Below, one piece after another: positions 17,059 to 18,256 of a DNA stretch of 18,256 nucleotides. This DNA is from a virus. A program made the position numbers and the translations under genes. Each line of letters starts with the position of its first letter. Position 1 is the first letter of the stretch. The stretch is from UHGV virus genome UHGV-0117054, one strand, 5' to 3'. The notes beneath the pieces are model-generated. The model made no database searches and had not been told where the DNA came from. It was given only the letters and a program-made list of their open reading frames with translations.

Positions 17059-17453
17059 TGGGCTTCCCTTCGCCGGCTGGCGACTATGTAGAGCAGCGGT
17101 TAACTCCGGAGCGAATCTGCGGTGTTGGCGTCGACACTCGCATCCTGGAAACCTCATCCGGCTTTGCCGTTATCGAGCCGTGCACCAGGCTGGTACAGAA
17201 TCAGGTTCTGCTGATTTTATCTGGCGGCAGAACGCAGTTTGCCCGGGTAATGGGTAGGGCATTAATCACTGATGATGGTGAAGCGATCGAAGGGGAGGAG
17301 GCGGAGGAAGTTGAGGTGCTGGGGCGCGTGACGTTCTTCATCAACAGCGCGCTACAGGATGACAGGGTGGGTGATGGGTGGCATTACGCCACCTTTTCAT
17401 CAAGCCAGTCCGCCCACCACTGCATCATTTCTCTGCGCTTATCGAGATACTGA
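17058..17453 (+). CDS. UmuD'-like (peptidase S24-fold) protein, natively leaderless and likely catalytically degenerate
   Basis: N-terminus MGFPSPAGDYVEQR matches the UmuD segment right after the Cys24-Gly25 cleavage site (CGFPSPAADYVEQR), so the ORF begins where processed UmuD' begins. An in-frame stop lies 18 nt upstream. The SGDSM serine motif and the catalytic KK region are not recognisable. GGAGG sits 7 nt before the ATG. The last ~23 codons overlap the integrase 3' end. Confidence 0.6.
   Translation: MGFPSPAGDYVEQRLTPERICGVGVDTRILETSSGFAVIEPCTRLVQNQVLLILSGGRTQFARVMGRALITDDGEAIEGEEAEEVEVLGRVTFFINSALQDDRVGDGWHYATFSSSQSAHHCIISLRLSRY
17377..17398 (+). terminator. Hairpin plus T-tract at the convergent junction with the integrase (possible + strand terminator)
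   Basis: ggtggc-attac-gccacc stem-loop followed by tttt. It lies inside the C-terminal extension of the UmuD'-like ORF and over the integrase stop codon. Confidence 0.35.
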
Positions 17454-18256
17454 GCATGGTTGTAAATCCCGCGCACAGATCCGCCGTTGGCATGTGCCAG
17501 TTGCACTTCAATAGCATCAGCAGGCCATTCGTGCTCGTTCATAATCGTGCTGAATTCATGCCTGAATCCGTGACCGCTTTCCAGACCCTCATAGCCGATT
17601 TGTTTGATCACAAGCAATACCGCGTTCTCGCAGATTGGCTTCTTCTTATCGTTGCGCCCGGCAAAAACAAACTCTGATACTGGTTTAGTGATTGAGCTTA
17701 GCGTAGTGAGAAGTTCAACCACCTGGTCTGACATCGGGACCACATGAATTTTGCGTCCCTTCATCACACTGGCGTCGATGGTGATAATCCTGTTTTCAAA
17801 ATCGACGTTCTTCCATAGCATGGAACGAAGCTCTTTCGTTCTTAGGGCTGTGTAGCGTAAAACTTTGGTCGCAATGAGCGATACGATACTTCCTGAAAAT
17901 GTTGCCAGTGCTTTGTTGAATGCCGGGATCTGGTCTGCAGGAAGAAACGGGAAGTTCTTCTTGCGGTATCCCTTCATGGCGTCAGCAAGGTCAGGTGCCG
18001 GGTTATATTTAGCCCTTCCGGTGACAATAGCGTAACGGAAAACCTCGCCGCATCTTCTGCGTGCTTTGTTGGCTCGCTCCATTGCACCGCGATCTTCAAA
18101 TCTGCGGATTACTTCCAGCAGTTGCATCGGCTCAATATCCTGAATCTCAAGGCCGCCGATGATGGGTAAAATGTCGTCATCAAACATTTTTGCAAGTTCA
18201 GTTGCATAGCCTACTGACCAGACTTGCTTCTTGTGCTCGTACCATTCCTTGTAAAT
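17384..18256 (-). CDS. int: Tyrosine recombinase / phage integrase (P4-type), N-terminus beyond the window edge
   Basis: The reverse frame stays open to the window end (…IYKEWYEHKKQVWSVGYATELAKMFDDD…). The C-terminal catalytic region has HGFRHEFST (HxxR) and VRGIYNHAQYLD (catalytic Tyr), ending …QWWADWLDEKVA. Confidence 0.9.
   Translation of the reverse strand: MYKEWYEHKKQVWSVGYATELAKMFDDDILPIIGGLEIQDIEPMQLLEVIRRFEDRGAMERANKARRRCGEVFRYAIVTGRAKYNPAPDLADAMKGYRKKNFPFLPADQIPAFNKALATFSGSIVSLIATKVLRYTALRTKELRSMLWKNVDFENRIITIDASVMKGRKIHVVPMSDQVVELLTTLSSITKPVSEFVFAGRNDKKKPICENAVLLVIKQIGYEGLESGHGFRHEFSTIMNEHEWPADAIEVQLAHANGGSVRGIYNHAQYLDKRREMMQWWADWLDEKVA

Noticed and set aside
16850-17677. ORFs 16850-17257 (135 aa) and 17378-17677 (99 aa) on the + strand
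   Set aside because: The first is an alternative frame across the 82-aa and UmuD'-like genes. The second is antisense to the integrase and begins in the terminator-like hairpin. Neither has start signals.
1-18256. CRISPR arrays, rRNA genes, IS elements or transposase genes
   Set aside because: No regularly spaced direct repeats, no rRNA-like conserved blocks, and no transposase-like ORF with terminal inverted repeats were seen. The only recombinase is the integrase at the right edge.

Overview
This 18.3-kb window is the late/tail end of a siphovirus-type temperate phage or prophage, probably enterobacterial (inferred from the ~50-58% GC backbone and gene content). All credible genes are on the + strand except a P4-type tyrosine integrase at the right edge. 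Order: head-tail joining genes, major tail protein with Ig-like C-terminus, putative chaperone, a three-gene low-GC moron cluster (secreted protein, cytoplasmic protein, lipoprotein), tape measure protein, two minor tail proteins, a second moron (standalone FtsH-like M41 peptidase domain plus a 56-aa ORF), NlpC/P60 protein, J-like host-specificity protein, and a beta-helix tailspike. Between tailspike and integrase lie an AT-rich asparagine-synthetase-family gene and a two-gene unit behind a canonical LexA box that encodes a leaderless, degenerate UmuD'-like protein. The three accessory modules (M41 peptidase moron, AsnB-like cargo, SOS-controlled UmuD'-like unit) are the best candidates for undescribed biology. 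All calls rest on reading the translations and sequence by eye; no searches were run, and small-motif coordinates may be off by 1-2 bp.
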